Below are positions 53,753-64,000 of a DNA stretch of 64,000 bases, one piece after another. Position numbers and translations under genes: made by a program. The stretch is taken from positions 10,230,001 through 10,294,000 of the forward strand of contig NC_043017.1 in assembly GCF_006345805.1 (NCBI RefSeq). The letters run 5' to 3'. The number at the start of each line of letters is the position of its first letter. The stretch's first letter is position 1. Source of the DNA: Octopus sinensis. Its lineage: Eukaryota. The notes beneath the pieces are model-generated. The model worked only from the letters and a program-made list of their open reading frames with translations, was not told the DNA's origin and ran no database searches.

Positions 53753-54211
53753 ATGACAGATAGAAGCACTGGTTTACAAGATGATGTTATAGAATTCTGA
53801 ACATAGTGGACGCTTTTGGGCTTTTGGGGAAACCGGTTGAGGGCAAGACTTGGTGCAGCAACAGCCAGTGCCCCTCACATGTCTATGTGGTGGCATTTTG
53901 TTCTGAGCTATTTACATTTGTTGTTGAGAATTTAGTCTGTAAGGGCAGGCAGTGTTTAGGTCTTGGTTGTAAAGGTCAATTGGGAGTCAAGGGTGTGTTG
54001 AAGGGAGACATTGTTAGAAGTGGTGTAGGGAGCAGCGTAAGCGAAATGAAACTGGGTTTTCCTGAATGACCTAGATACAGAAAATTAGGGGGCCCCAGGG
54101 TGATGGGATGATGTCACAATATAAGGAGTAGTTCCAGGGAGTTGTCTGTGATTCTGTGTGAATCTGTTCAACTCTTGCTGGTGTGTAGGATAATAATATG
54201 TCAGATGAATA

Positions 54212-54252
<41 letters not shown>

Positions 54253-54410
54253 CAAGGTTTGCCATGACAATCATGATGATGATGATGATGAGAATGAGGA
54301 TGTTGATGATGATGATGATGATTAGTGATGGATGACATAATTATGATGATAATCATGATGAATGTAATGATAAAAACAGCTCTGCTGCTACTGCTGCGGC
54401 TGTTGCTGCT

Positions 54411-54441
<31 letters not shown>

Positions 54442-54592
54442 ATAATGATAATGAGGAGGAGGAGGAAGATGATGGTGCTGTGAGTGATGATGCTTAAGAA
54501 CAGCAATAGCGATTATGATGATGATATAGCTGCTGCTGCTGCTGCTGCTGCTATTGCTGGTGATGACTATGATGATAGCAATGATGACTATA

Positions 54593-54626
<34 letters not shown>

Positions 54627-54854
54627 CAGTGACGATGATGATGATGATGATTACAGTAACTATTTCATCTTTTTTGCTTTATGAGAGACTGCCTACTTTA
54701 TATTCCTCTAAAGGAATTGTTCCACCAAAGCCAGTCTGTGGAATCTTCTGGATTTGGGATGGCAGTGTGTGTGTGTGTGTATGTGTGTGTGTGCACGTGC
54801 GTGTGCGTGTGTGTGTGCAAGTCTTTGATGTGTTTTTTATTTTTAGTTGATGTG

Positions 54855-54907
<53 letters not shown>

Positions 54908-55519
54908 TATATTATTATCACTTTTTACTTTTTATTTATTTATTTTTTTTTGAACATCTTTCGACTTTAGGATGTATATGTGTGTTGTATGGTGTATGTA
55001 TGTGATTTTATATTGTGTGGGTGCATGTTTGTGTGTGTTGTGTGTGTGTATGTATGTGTGTGTGTATGTGCATGTGTGTGTATTTATATTCTGTGTGTGT
55101 GTGTGTGTTGGTATTCTCTGTGTGGACTTGATGAATGTGTGTATTCCTTCTGTGTATGTATGCTTGTGTGTAAAATCTATGTTTACTTTTTTGCATACAT
55201 ATATGTGTGTGTATGTGTGTGTTTGATCTTTGCTGTATGTGTGTGAGTATGTACATTATTTGATGTTTGCATAGGTCAGACAGAATTGGCTGAGGGTAAT
55301 ATTTCCCCATGGTCAAACAAGTTTTCTCTTGGAAGGCTGGAAATGAAAAACCATCGCATGATAACAAGACAAGGCTAAACACACACATGTACATGTTCCT
55401 TTCTCAATTATTTAATCTCTTATGTATATGTATACACACACTCACACACACACACACACACACATAAATATAATTCGCTGGTGTAAAGGTAACACACTTA
55501 GTCATGTTAACAAAGAGAT

Positions 55520-55905
55520 GTTAGTTAGTAGTTAGTTAGTTAATTTTTGGGCTCAAAAAGCAAAAAGCAAGGCCATGTAGGGGGACATGGATTTATGTAC
55601 AGGGTGGTGTTCATGTAAAGAGTTCAGGCCACTTGTGGTCAAGGGAGACTTTGAACCGAGCGGTCGTCAGCATCTTCACCATCTCGTCTGGCAGCTTATT
55701 CCACAGATCCGCAACCCGGACGGAGAAAGCCCCTCTCCTTCGATTGAGATGAAATCGTCGCAGATAGAGCTTTTCGGAATGACCCCGCAGCCGACGCTCT
55801 GGAGCAGGAGTGAAGAACAGCTCTTTCGAGAGGTTACACTTTCCGCTTATGATGTTGAGTCCCACACGGATAGGAAAGCCTTCTTTTTTCTGTCGAGGGT
55901 TTATA
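55520..55905 (-). mobile_element. CR1-type LINE 3' end (ORF2 C-terminus)
   Basis: LFF...RLRGHSEKL...RRGAFSVRVADLWNKLPDEMV...FKVSLDHKW matches the typical CR1 ORF2 end; short tandem tail (taac/tac repeats). Confidence 0.85.
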
Positions 55906-56039
55906 TGCCCCTTAATTAGACTATTTTCCTTAATCATTGCATGGTGATCGCCATAAGCCTTAAGCTTATATAAAAATACCATTATTACTATTTACAGGAC
56001 TGTAAAATACGGCACCATATAACAAAACCATTCACACCA

Positions 56040-56437
56040 AATGCATAATGGAAATTGTAGCTGTGATACCTGTGCCGATGGCACGTAAGAGAACCATCCG
56101 AATGTGGCCGTTGCCAGCGCCGCCCCGACTGGCCTCTGTGCCGGTGGCACGTAAAATGCACCATCCGATTGTGGCCATTGCCAGCCTCGTCTGGTGGCAT
56201 GTAAAAAGCACCATCCAATCGTGGCTGTTTGCCAGCCTCGTCTGGCACCTGTGCAGGTGACACGTAAAAAGCACCCACTACACTCACAGAGTGGTTGGCG
56301 TTAGGAAGGGCATCCAGCTGTAGAAACACTGCCAGATCAGACTGGGCCTGGCGCAGCCTACTGGCTCCCCAGACCCCAGTTGAACCGTCCAACCCATGCT
56401 AGCATGGAAAACGGACGTTAAACAATGATGATGATGA
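56040..56437 (+). mobile_element. Non-autonomous element with (ATG)n tail and no tRNA head (RTE-like ends), containing internal tandem units
   Basis: ggaagggcatccagctgtagaaac...ccgtccaacccatgctagcatggaaaacggacgttaaa(tga)n. Copies at about 14090-14345 (+), 18465-18665 (-), 20560-20750 (+), 37880-38050 (-), 42150-42375 (-) and 63815-63990 (-). The RTE assignment is inference. Confidence 0.75.
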
Positions 56438-56454
56438 TAAGCTATATATATATC

Positions 56455-56526
56455 AGCGAATTAATAATAACAGACGGTGGATAAATGAGCTGACATTTAT
56501 CCATTGTTTGTTATTATTAATTTGCT
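56455..56526 (+). ncRNA. 33-bp fully paired hairpin with 6-nt loop (pri-miRNA/hpRNA-like)
   Basis: All 33 positions pair; 4 are G-U on the + strand. The structure is directly visible; function is unproven. Confidence 0.4.
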
Positions 56527-56783
56527 TATGATACACCAAAGGGATCCACGACATGTCAGATACCCTGGAGAAAACCAAACAACGTATGATCAATACATGT
56601 TCTTTGGACCAGCCCCTAGGCACCTAATACTTGTAGGGGTGGTTTTCCCTGTGTGCACAACCTGAATATCCTACTGGATATTTAATCGACCATAGGTGTT
56701 GACCACAAGTTTATCCAACACTACGTAGTGCATATTCCTTGAAATACATGATTCTATCCAGAATCATTGTTGTGTTGTTGTTG

Positions 56784-56835
<52 letters not shown>

Positions 56836-56851
56836 GCTGTTGTGCTGTTGC

Positions 56852-56897
<46 letters not shown>

Positions 56898-56941
56898 ATA
56901 TATGCGTGTGTGGTTGTGTGTGTGTATATATATATATATAT

Positions 56942-57049
56942 AAGTATATGAAAGAATGGAGTTGAACGACTAGTTAACAAATATCCTTTATTCTCGACAT
57001 ATAAAGGATATTTGTTAACTAGTCGTTCACTCCATTCTTTCATATACTT
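56942..57049. repeat. 49-bp inverted repeat with one bulged T and a 9-nt spacer
   Basis: aagtatatgaaagaatggagt(t)gaacgactagttaacaaatatcctttat and its exact reverse complement at 57001-57049. Confidence 0.95.
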
Positions 57050-57224
57050 TTATATTTTAAAATAAACATACAAATTTCCGCACGAAGACACGTAGTCTAT
57101 GCCCTAGGGATGTAGCTTCAACCGTGTTCTTTCGGATGTGAATTTGCTACCCAGGTATCGGTTATCTTTCGAATTATCCTTAATAAGATAATTCATTCAA
57201 TTACTCAAATATATATATATATAT

Positions 57225-57396
57225 ATTCTTTTATTCTTTTGCATGTTTCAGTTATTTGATTGCAATTTTAGTCAAAGAAATCGACGCCAGGAATTATTCT
57301 TTGTAAGCCTAGTACTTTTTCTATCAAATTCTTTTGCTGAACTGCTAAGTTACAGGGACATAAACACACCCACATCGGTTGTCAAGCGAAGGTGGG

Positions 57397-57458
<62 letters not shown>

Positions 57459-57612
57459 TATACATATATATATATATATATACAATGGGCTTCTTTTAGT
57501 TTTCATCTACCAAATCTACTCACAAGGCTTTGCCCAAGATGCTACACAGTAGGACTGAACCTGGAATCATGTGGTTGGGAAGCAAGCTTCTTACCGCACA
57601 GCCATGCTTGGC
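57225..57612 (-). mobile_element. SINE family A copy
   Basis: Reverse complement of family A with an internal deletion. Confidence 0.8.
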
Positions 57613-57629
57613 CCTTCACACAGACATAC

Positions 57630-57662
<33 letters not shown>

Positions 57663-57994
57663 CATACACACACTCTCACACACACAAACGCTTACATACA
57701 TACGCATTAACATAACCGACAACAAACATAACACAGTAAAGGTCTGTATTTCATAGGAGACAAAGTAGTACTGAGTTATATAAGAGGCTAGAGGTCAGAG
57801 GTCAAGTGATAAATAAATAAACAAAAAAGCTTCAGATATCTTAAGTGTGTGGATGGTGACATGCAGAGAAGTGAGATAAAGTGGTGTGTGAGTGGTGGGG
57901 GAAGGAGCAGTGGGTCATCATGGTCAGAAGAAGAAGAGGATTGGACAGTGTGGTGGTGGTGGTGGTGGTGGTGGTTTTGGTGGTTTTGGTGGTG

Positions 57995-58045
<51 letters not shown>

Positions 58046-58555
58046 ATGGTTGTCATTTGAAATGTACATTGTACTAGTAGTGGAAAAATGTGGTGTTGTG
58101 GTGGTGGTGAGGGTGGTGAATGAGAAGGTGAAGGTGGTGGTGGTGGTGGTGGTGGTAGTGGTGGTAATGGTGCCAATGGTGATGATCATGGCACCAATGT
58201 TAATGGTGGTGATTGGACAGAGGTCTTAGAACAGAAAAGAAAATGGCTGACACCTCCTGAAGATAAATACTTCAAATAAAGAAATAAAAAGATATATTAC
58301 ATCACCAGCAGCCAGCGCCATCACCCCCTCCACTACCACCACCACCTTGACCACCACTGATCCCCACCATATCACCACCTGCTGCCCCTCAACCACACAG
58401 TCAACCTTCCATCACCTACATCATCACCATCACCACCATCAGCATCATAAACAGAGCTACCAGCTTCCAAGAACTACCACCACCACCACCAGTACCTCCT
58501 CCACTACCAACACCATCACCACAGCTATCAGCACCAACACCACCTTTACAATCCA

Positions 58556-58587
<32 letters not shown>

Positions 58588-59149
58588 CCACCATCACCAC
58601 CAATACCAGCACCCATCACAAAAAGCTAACCTCTGTAGCTAACCCCGTCACCTCACCACCCCCACCACACCGTTCACCCCACCCCCACATCCCCACACCC
58701 ACCACACAAAGAAAAACAGAATGCTGTGAAATGACGGCGGTGGTGGTGGTGGTGGTGGTGGTGGTGGTGACGGGTGGGGGGAGAACTGTAGAGCCGACAA
58801 GGACACCAACGACAACAACAGCAGCAACAACAGCAGCAACAACAAAATAAAATAAAAAAACAAAAAGAAAAGAAGAGAAAAAAAGTAAAACGAAAAAAAA
58901 CACAAACAAAAACAACAAAACAAAAAAATCAAAAAAAAAACCCTGAGTGAACACTTTGAAGTGCATCCTACATTAAAATACAACGCTGACTTGAGATGGC
59001 GTAAATGTAGGGAAATTGTCAATGCAGAGACTTGTTGCAGAGGCAGATGCAACTGCTGGAATTCTGTCTCAACACCCCCACCACCACCACCACCACCACC
59101 ATCACCACCTTCGCCAGATACTTTTTTTTTGTCCCTCACTCTCATTTTC

Positions 59150-60460
59150 TTTCTCTTATTTTCCCTTCATCTCTTCTTTCTTCTCTTTCTATTTTTCCCT
59201 TGTCTTTTCCCTCCCTTGTGCCATGTCTCTCTCTCTCTCTCTCCCCCTTGGTTTCTCTCTCGTTATCTCTTTCCATTTCTCATCTCTCTCTTGACGTCTC
59301 TCTCTCTCCCATTTGTTTTCTAGCACCCTTTTCTTTTCTCTCTCACTCTCTCTCTCTCTCTCTCTCCCTCTTTTCTGTATCATCTTTCTTCTCTTACCTT
59401 TTCTCCCTCTTGTCTTCTCACTCTCTCTTATTTTCCCTTGTCTCTTCCTTCTTCTCTTTCTCTCTTTCCCTTTTCTTTACCCTCTCCTGTACCATGTCTC
59501 TCTCTCCCTTTCTCTCTCTCTCATTATTTTTTTTTATTTCCCATCTGTCCAATGACCTCTCTCTCATCCATTTCTCTCTCTCCCATGCTTCCTTGCACCC
59601 CTTTTCTTCTCTCTCTCTCTTGTATCCTCTTTCTACCCTTATCTTCTCTCCCTTTAATATTCTCTCTTTCTCTATCCCTTATCATCTCTCTCTCTTTTCC
59701 CACACTCCTGTCTACTCTTCCCTTCTATTATTCTCTTCCTCTCCTTTTCTTCTTCCTCTTTTCTATCATCTCTCTCTTCCCTTGTCTCATCCTTCTCTTC
59801 AATCTCTCTCAACCTGTCTTCTTCTTCTCTCTCTTTTATCATTCCTCTCTCTTTTGTCTTCTCTCTCTCTCTCTCCCCTTTGCCTTTCTCTCCTCTTTGT
59901 TTTCTGTTTCACTAGAAATTTTTCTTCCCTTGTCATCTCTCTCCCCTTATCTTCTCTCTTCTCTCTCTCTCTTGTCATCTCTCTCATCCTCTTCTTCTCT
60001 CATTCTCATTCTTTCTCTACACTTTGTTTTCTCTCTCTCTTGTTTTCTTTCCCCCCTCTCTCTCTCTCTCATCAAATCTCTCCCCTTGTCTTCTCTCTCA
60101 CCTATGAGTTCTCTCTCTCTCTTTTGTATCACCTCTCTTTCCATCATCTCCCTCTCTCCCTCACTCTTGTCATCTCTCTCTCTCTCCTGTGTCACATCTC
60201 TCATCTTTGGCTTCCCTCTTTCTTCATCTCCCATCCTTTATCATCTCTCTCTTCTCTTTCTTTTCCCTCCCTCCATTGTCATCTCAGTCCATCTTGCCTT
60301 CGCCACCCCCATCTCCTCTCCCCTTTGTCTTCTCTCTCTCTCTTTCTCTCCCTCATTTTCTCTCTCCCTATCAACCTCTTTCTCTTCCCTTTCTCTCTGT
60401 CTTTCTCTCTTCTCTCCATTTCACTTTTTCCCCCTCTTTACAACCCTCCCCAACACCGCC
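59150..60460 (+). repeat. 1.3-kb pyrimidine-rich (CT) cryptic repeat
   Basis: Almost only C and T on the + strand. Confidence 0.95.
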
Positions 60461-61380
60461 ATGTTTTTTTCTCTATAATGAGATTTGTGTATGCATATAG
60501 TGATGTATGTGTGTGTGTGCATGTGTGTGTGTATATACGTGTGTGTGCTTGTGTGTGTATGGGTATAAAAAGTATACGTTTGGGCGTAAGTATGTTTCTG
60601 TCTAAGGCCTGGCATCTGTATGTGTTTATGAGAGACTTGTACATGTGTGTGTAGAGGCAAGTGAAAATATGCTTTAGAAGCATGTGTGCTTGTATTGACT
60701 TGCATGTGTGTGTGTGTGTGTATGAAAGTCTGTGTGTACATGTAAAGCTTTCATGTGTGTGCATTTTTGTATATGTGTTTAATGCTAGTGTATGTGTGAG
60801 TGTATTTTTGTGTGTGTATGTGTGTGTGTGTGTGTGTGCATGTAAGCTTTTGTGAGTGTGTGTTTCGATGCATGTGCGTCTGTGTATGTGTCTGTATTAG
60901 TGCATGTTTGCATGTGTGTATGAATGGGTTTGCATGAATGCCTGTGTGTGTGTGTGTGTACATGTGTGTGTATGTTTGCATGTGAGTATGTCTGAGTATG
61001 TGTGTTTGTGTGAGTAGTTGTGCGTATGCATGCGTGAGTAGTTGTTTGTGTACTAGTGTTTATGAGTACAGATAAAAGATCTTGTTAGTTCCCCACCACC
61101 ACCATCACCACCATCGACATCACCACACCACCATCATAATCACCATTACCATCATCATCACCACCACCACCACTGCTGTGACAACATCCCCATCACACCT
61201 ACACACCCCACTCTGCTTTACATCTGCCACCATCATCGACGACGGCCACAACCACTGCCGCCACCACCATCTTCTAGATCCTTCTGCCCCCCACTGCACC
61301 CACTCATCCCTCACCTCACCCCACCACCTCGATATAATAAGATATAAATATACAATAAACTTCGGCCTTAACGCTACAAG

Positions 61381-61428
61381 AACTTATTGACCAAAATTCT
61401 TACAACATTGCATTTATATGAGCTGGCG
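61381..61428 (+). CDS. Weak candidate 48-nt exon
   Basis: Acceptor cggccttaacgctacaAG and donor GCG|gtgagg. Only phase 0 is open (NLLTKILTTLHLYELA). Unique island. Confidence 0.2.
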
Positions 61429-61474
61429 GTGAGGAAAAAGCAGCAGCAGCAGCAGTAGCAGCAGCAGCAGCAGT

Positions 61475-61506
<32 letters not shown>

Positions 61507-62274
61507 TAGTAGTAGTCATTGTAATAGTAGTGGTAATAGCTATTGTTACAATTATAGTAGTAGTAGTTGTAGTGTTACTAGTTGTAGTAGTAGTAGTAGC
61601 AGCAGCAGCAGCGGTAGTGGTGATGGTGGTGGTGGTGGTGGTGGTGGTGCAACTTCTTCAAAGACAGCAGTAAGCTGACCTCTAAATACAACTTGTGTCA
61701 TTATACACATGCAGTCCGGCAGAGCATCATCTTAAGGGAACAACATATTTCCCTCTCTTTCTCTCTCTCTCTCCTTTATTGTTTTTTCTTTTCTCACTTT
61801 CCCCGTTTTTCTAGTAAATTATTCCCAGCAGTGGTGGGGATGAGAGAGCAGAGAAGGGGCCAGAACTCCTAAAGTTTGCTGCACGCTCTCACCTCACCAC
61901 CCACCACCATTACCACCACCCTCCACAATGAGTGGTTCTTAACCTGAGTGTAGCAACTCTTTTTTGATGAAAGGGGTGTTGTAAGGTCATAAGGGCTGGG
62001 TGGCAATTGTCACAGGGACGCTATGATGGGTACTGGCTGTTTAGATGTGAATGGTACCTCAGGCCCCTTTTTTTCCCCTAGAAATCAACTATTTAACTGT
62101 TCAGCATTAAACTGGCCATCTGGCTAAAATATTTTACCTATTTTCTGTTCAAACTAGCCAGATCCATCTTCTCACACCTACCCTACAATGTCATTCTGAA
62201 AATAAACAATCACATGGTTGAAATCTCGAGGCTACAAGATAAAACATGATTAATTGAAAATAATGTTGAGTGGC

Positions 62275-62399
62275 TCAACCACATGGTTCTAGGTTCAGTC
62301 CCACTGCATGGCACCTTGGGCAAGTGTCTTCTACTATAGCCTCAGGCCAACCAAAGCATTGTGAGTGGATCTGGTAGACGGAAACTGAAAGAAGCCTGT

Positions 62400-62460
<61 letters not shown>

Positions 62461-62678
62461 GTATATGTTTGTGTGCCCGTGTTTGTTCCCCCACTATCAC
62501 TTGACAACCGATGTTGGTGTGTTTATGTCACTGTAACATAGCAGCTCAGCCTAAGAGACTGACAGAATAAGTACTGGGTTTACAAAGAATAAGTCCTGGA
62601 GTCACTTTGTTTGACTAAAGGTGGTGCTCCAGCATGACCACAGTCAAATGACTAAAACAAGTAAAAGATAAAAGATAA
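62275..62678 (+). mobile_element. SINE family A copy
   Basis: ccacatggttctaggttcagtcccactgc...gacggaaactgaaagaagcc...tail. Confidence 0.85.
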
Positions 62679-62689
62679 TGTTTTACTCT

Positions 62690-63372
62690 TTATTTCCAAA
62701 TTCAAAATTGTCAAAGCATGGAATAAAATGCCCACTTCAGTTGTCAGCTGTCAGGACATTGCATCCTTCAGAAATTCCATGCTTCCTGAAATTCACCAAC
62801 TCTACTCATGGAATATCTATTCATCCGTTCCTTTTTAATGACTCTTTTACTGTTCACCTTCCCATCAGTTTCTGTTTTTTTTTGCCTTTTTTTCCTCTGT
62901 GCAGAGCATACACTTTTGGTTGCCATTGTTGTCTTTCTATACCTCTTTTACCCTTTTTTCTGACAAGTTACAATGTTTCTGAGCTCTGTATACCCTAAAC
63001 TCATTATCACATTTTAAATAGTTTTGTAATAATGTTCTGCAGATATTTTACTTTTATTTCCACATTCAAATTGCTGAAGCATGGAATAAAATATCTATGA
63101 GCACTCTGTCAGGATGCAGTGTCTGGAGACTGCATCCTTCAAAAATTCCATGCTTCCTGAAATTTGCCAACACTGTTCCTGATGTACCAATGCACCGATC
63201 CTTCTTTTTAATGTTCACACCTCTGGGGTTTTGTGTTTTACTCTGCATACTGTGGATCTACTTTTAGCATCCTTTAGTTGTTTTCCTTTACTTGGCCCTT
63301 TCTGTCCCCTCTTTTACCATTTTGCAACTATTTGAAGTGCACATAAGCACTGAATACAATTTGCGTATTCTC
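62690..63372 (+). mobile_element. Two tandem 3' fragments of a CR1/L2-like LINE
   Basis: IVKAWNKMPTSVVSCQDIASFRNSML and a second copy AEAWNKI...ASFKNSML. The same family occurs at 49655-49880. Confidence 0.6.
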
Positions 63373-63445
63373 AGTCAACCTTAGTTTTACATCTTCATAT
63401 CCTTTTGGGGTTGATAAAATAAGGTACCTGTTGAGCACTGGTACC

Positions 63446-63501
<56 letters not shown>

Positions 63502-63503
<2 letters not shown>

Positions 63504-63811
63504 GACGTCGCACAGTATAGAATATCATGAGGTTGTAGATTGAAGATATAGTATCTACCGGGTGTTTGTACTGTTTTGTCAAGTCACAACAAGGACCTCA
63601 GACAGACAGTACTTTACACAATAAGCGTGCAATTCCAAATAATGCCGACTTTTGCAATACACCTAGATTGTAGGGTATTTCTAAAGTTTCCAGGTGTTTT
63701 TTCACACCTGAGTGGTATTGAACCCAATGCTCCAACGACAATAGGGATAACCTTTATGTTCAACTCTCGTAGATGCCACATCTTAGCGATCTCAATTCTC
63801 AGGTCACCATA

Positions 63812-63812
<1 letters not shown>
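63502..63812 (-). mobile_element. Third R4/Dong-type 3' fragment
   Basis: EYGDLRIEIAKMWHLRELNIKVIPIVVGALGSIP...LQKSALFGIARLLCKVLSV-stop, followed by a 3' UTR and a (TAA)n tail. Confidence 0.85.
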
Positions 63813-63850
<38 letters not shown>

Positions 63851-64000
63851 GTTTAACGTCCGTTTTCCATGCTAGCATGGGTTGGACGGTTCAACTGGGG
63901 TCTGGGAAGCCAGAAGGCTGCGCCAGGCCCAGTCTGATCTGGCAGTGTTCCTACAGCTGGATGCCCTTCCTAACACCAACCACTCCGTCACCATATTATT

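Noticed and set aside
56070-56280. CRISPR-like array, or an HDV-like ribozyme (ccag-cctcgt-ctgg resembles P3/L3)
   Set aside because: The units are diverged with no unique spacers and no cas genes in a eukaryotic context. The P1, P1.1 (GG) and P2 elements of an HDV fold could not be assembled.
59032-60654. 540-aa ORF, the longest in the track
   Set aside because: C/T-only sequence cannot form stop codons; the Ser/Leu/Phe low-complexity product is an artefact.
134-63875. Numerous poly-amino-acid and YI/HT/CV dipeptide ORFs
   Set aside because: Translations of di- and trinucleotide microsatellites, open in several frames and on both strands.

Overview
Eukaryotic, AT-rich genomic DNA dominated by simple repeats (TA, CA/GT, GAT, GGT, AAT, CT). 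It also carries many tRNA-headed SINEs, LINE 3' fragments (R4/Dong-type, CR1/L2-type, RTE/BovB-type), a decayed mariner and TTAA-flanked MITEs. The repeat families look like those of an Octopus genome; this is inference from recalled repeat sequences and was not checked by search. There is no complete gene, true tRNA, rRNA or CRISPR array, and almost all long ORFs in the track are microsatellite artefacts. A few short unique islands have splice signals and open frames. The best candidates are + strand 26285-26451 and - strand 48454-48609; I cannot name their products. The most interesting signals are RNA-structural. (1) Several minimal hammerhead-ribozyme-like motifs, including one in a tRNA-promoter-headed element interrupted by a SINE with a 16-bp target-site duplication, and one split between two inverted copies. 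(2) An 18-bp hairpin that holds a strong 3' splice AG in its loop. (3) A fully paired 33-bp hairpin whose four non-Watson-Crick pairs are all G-U on one strand. (4) A perfect RFX X-box palindrome in a unique island. All coordinates and pairings were read by eye.
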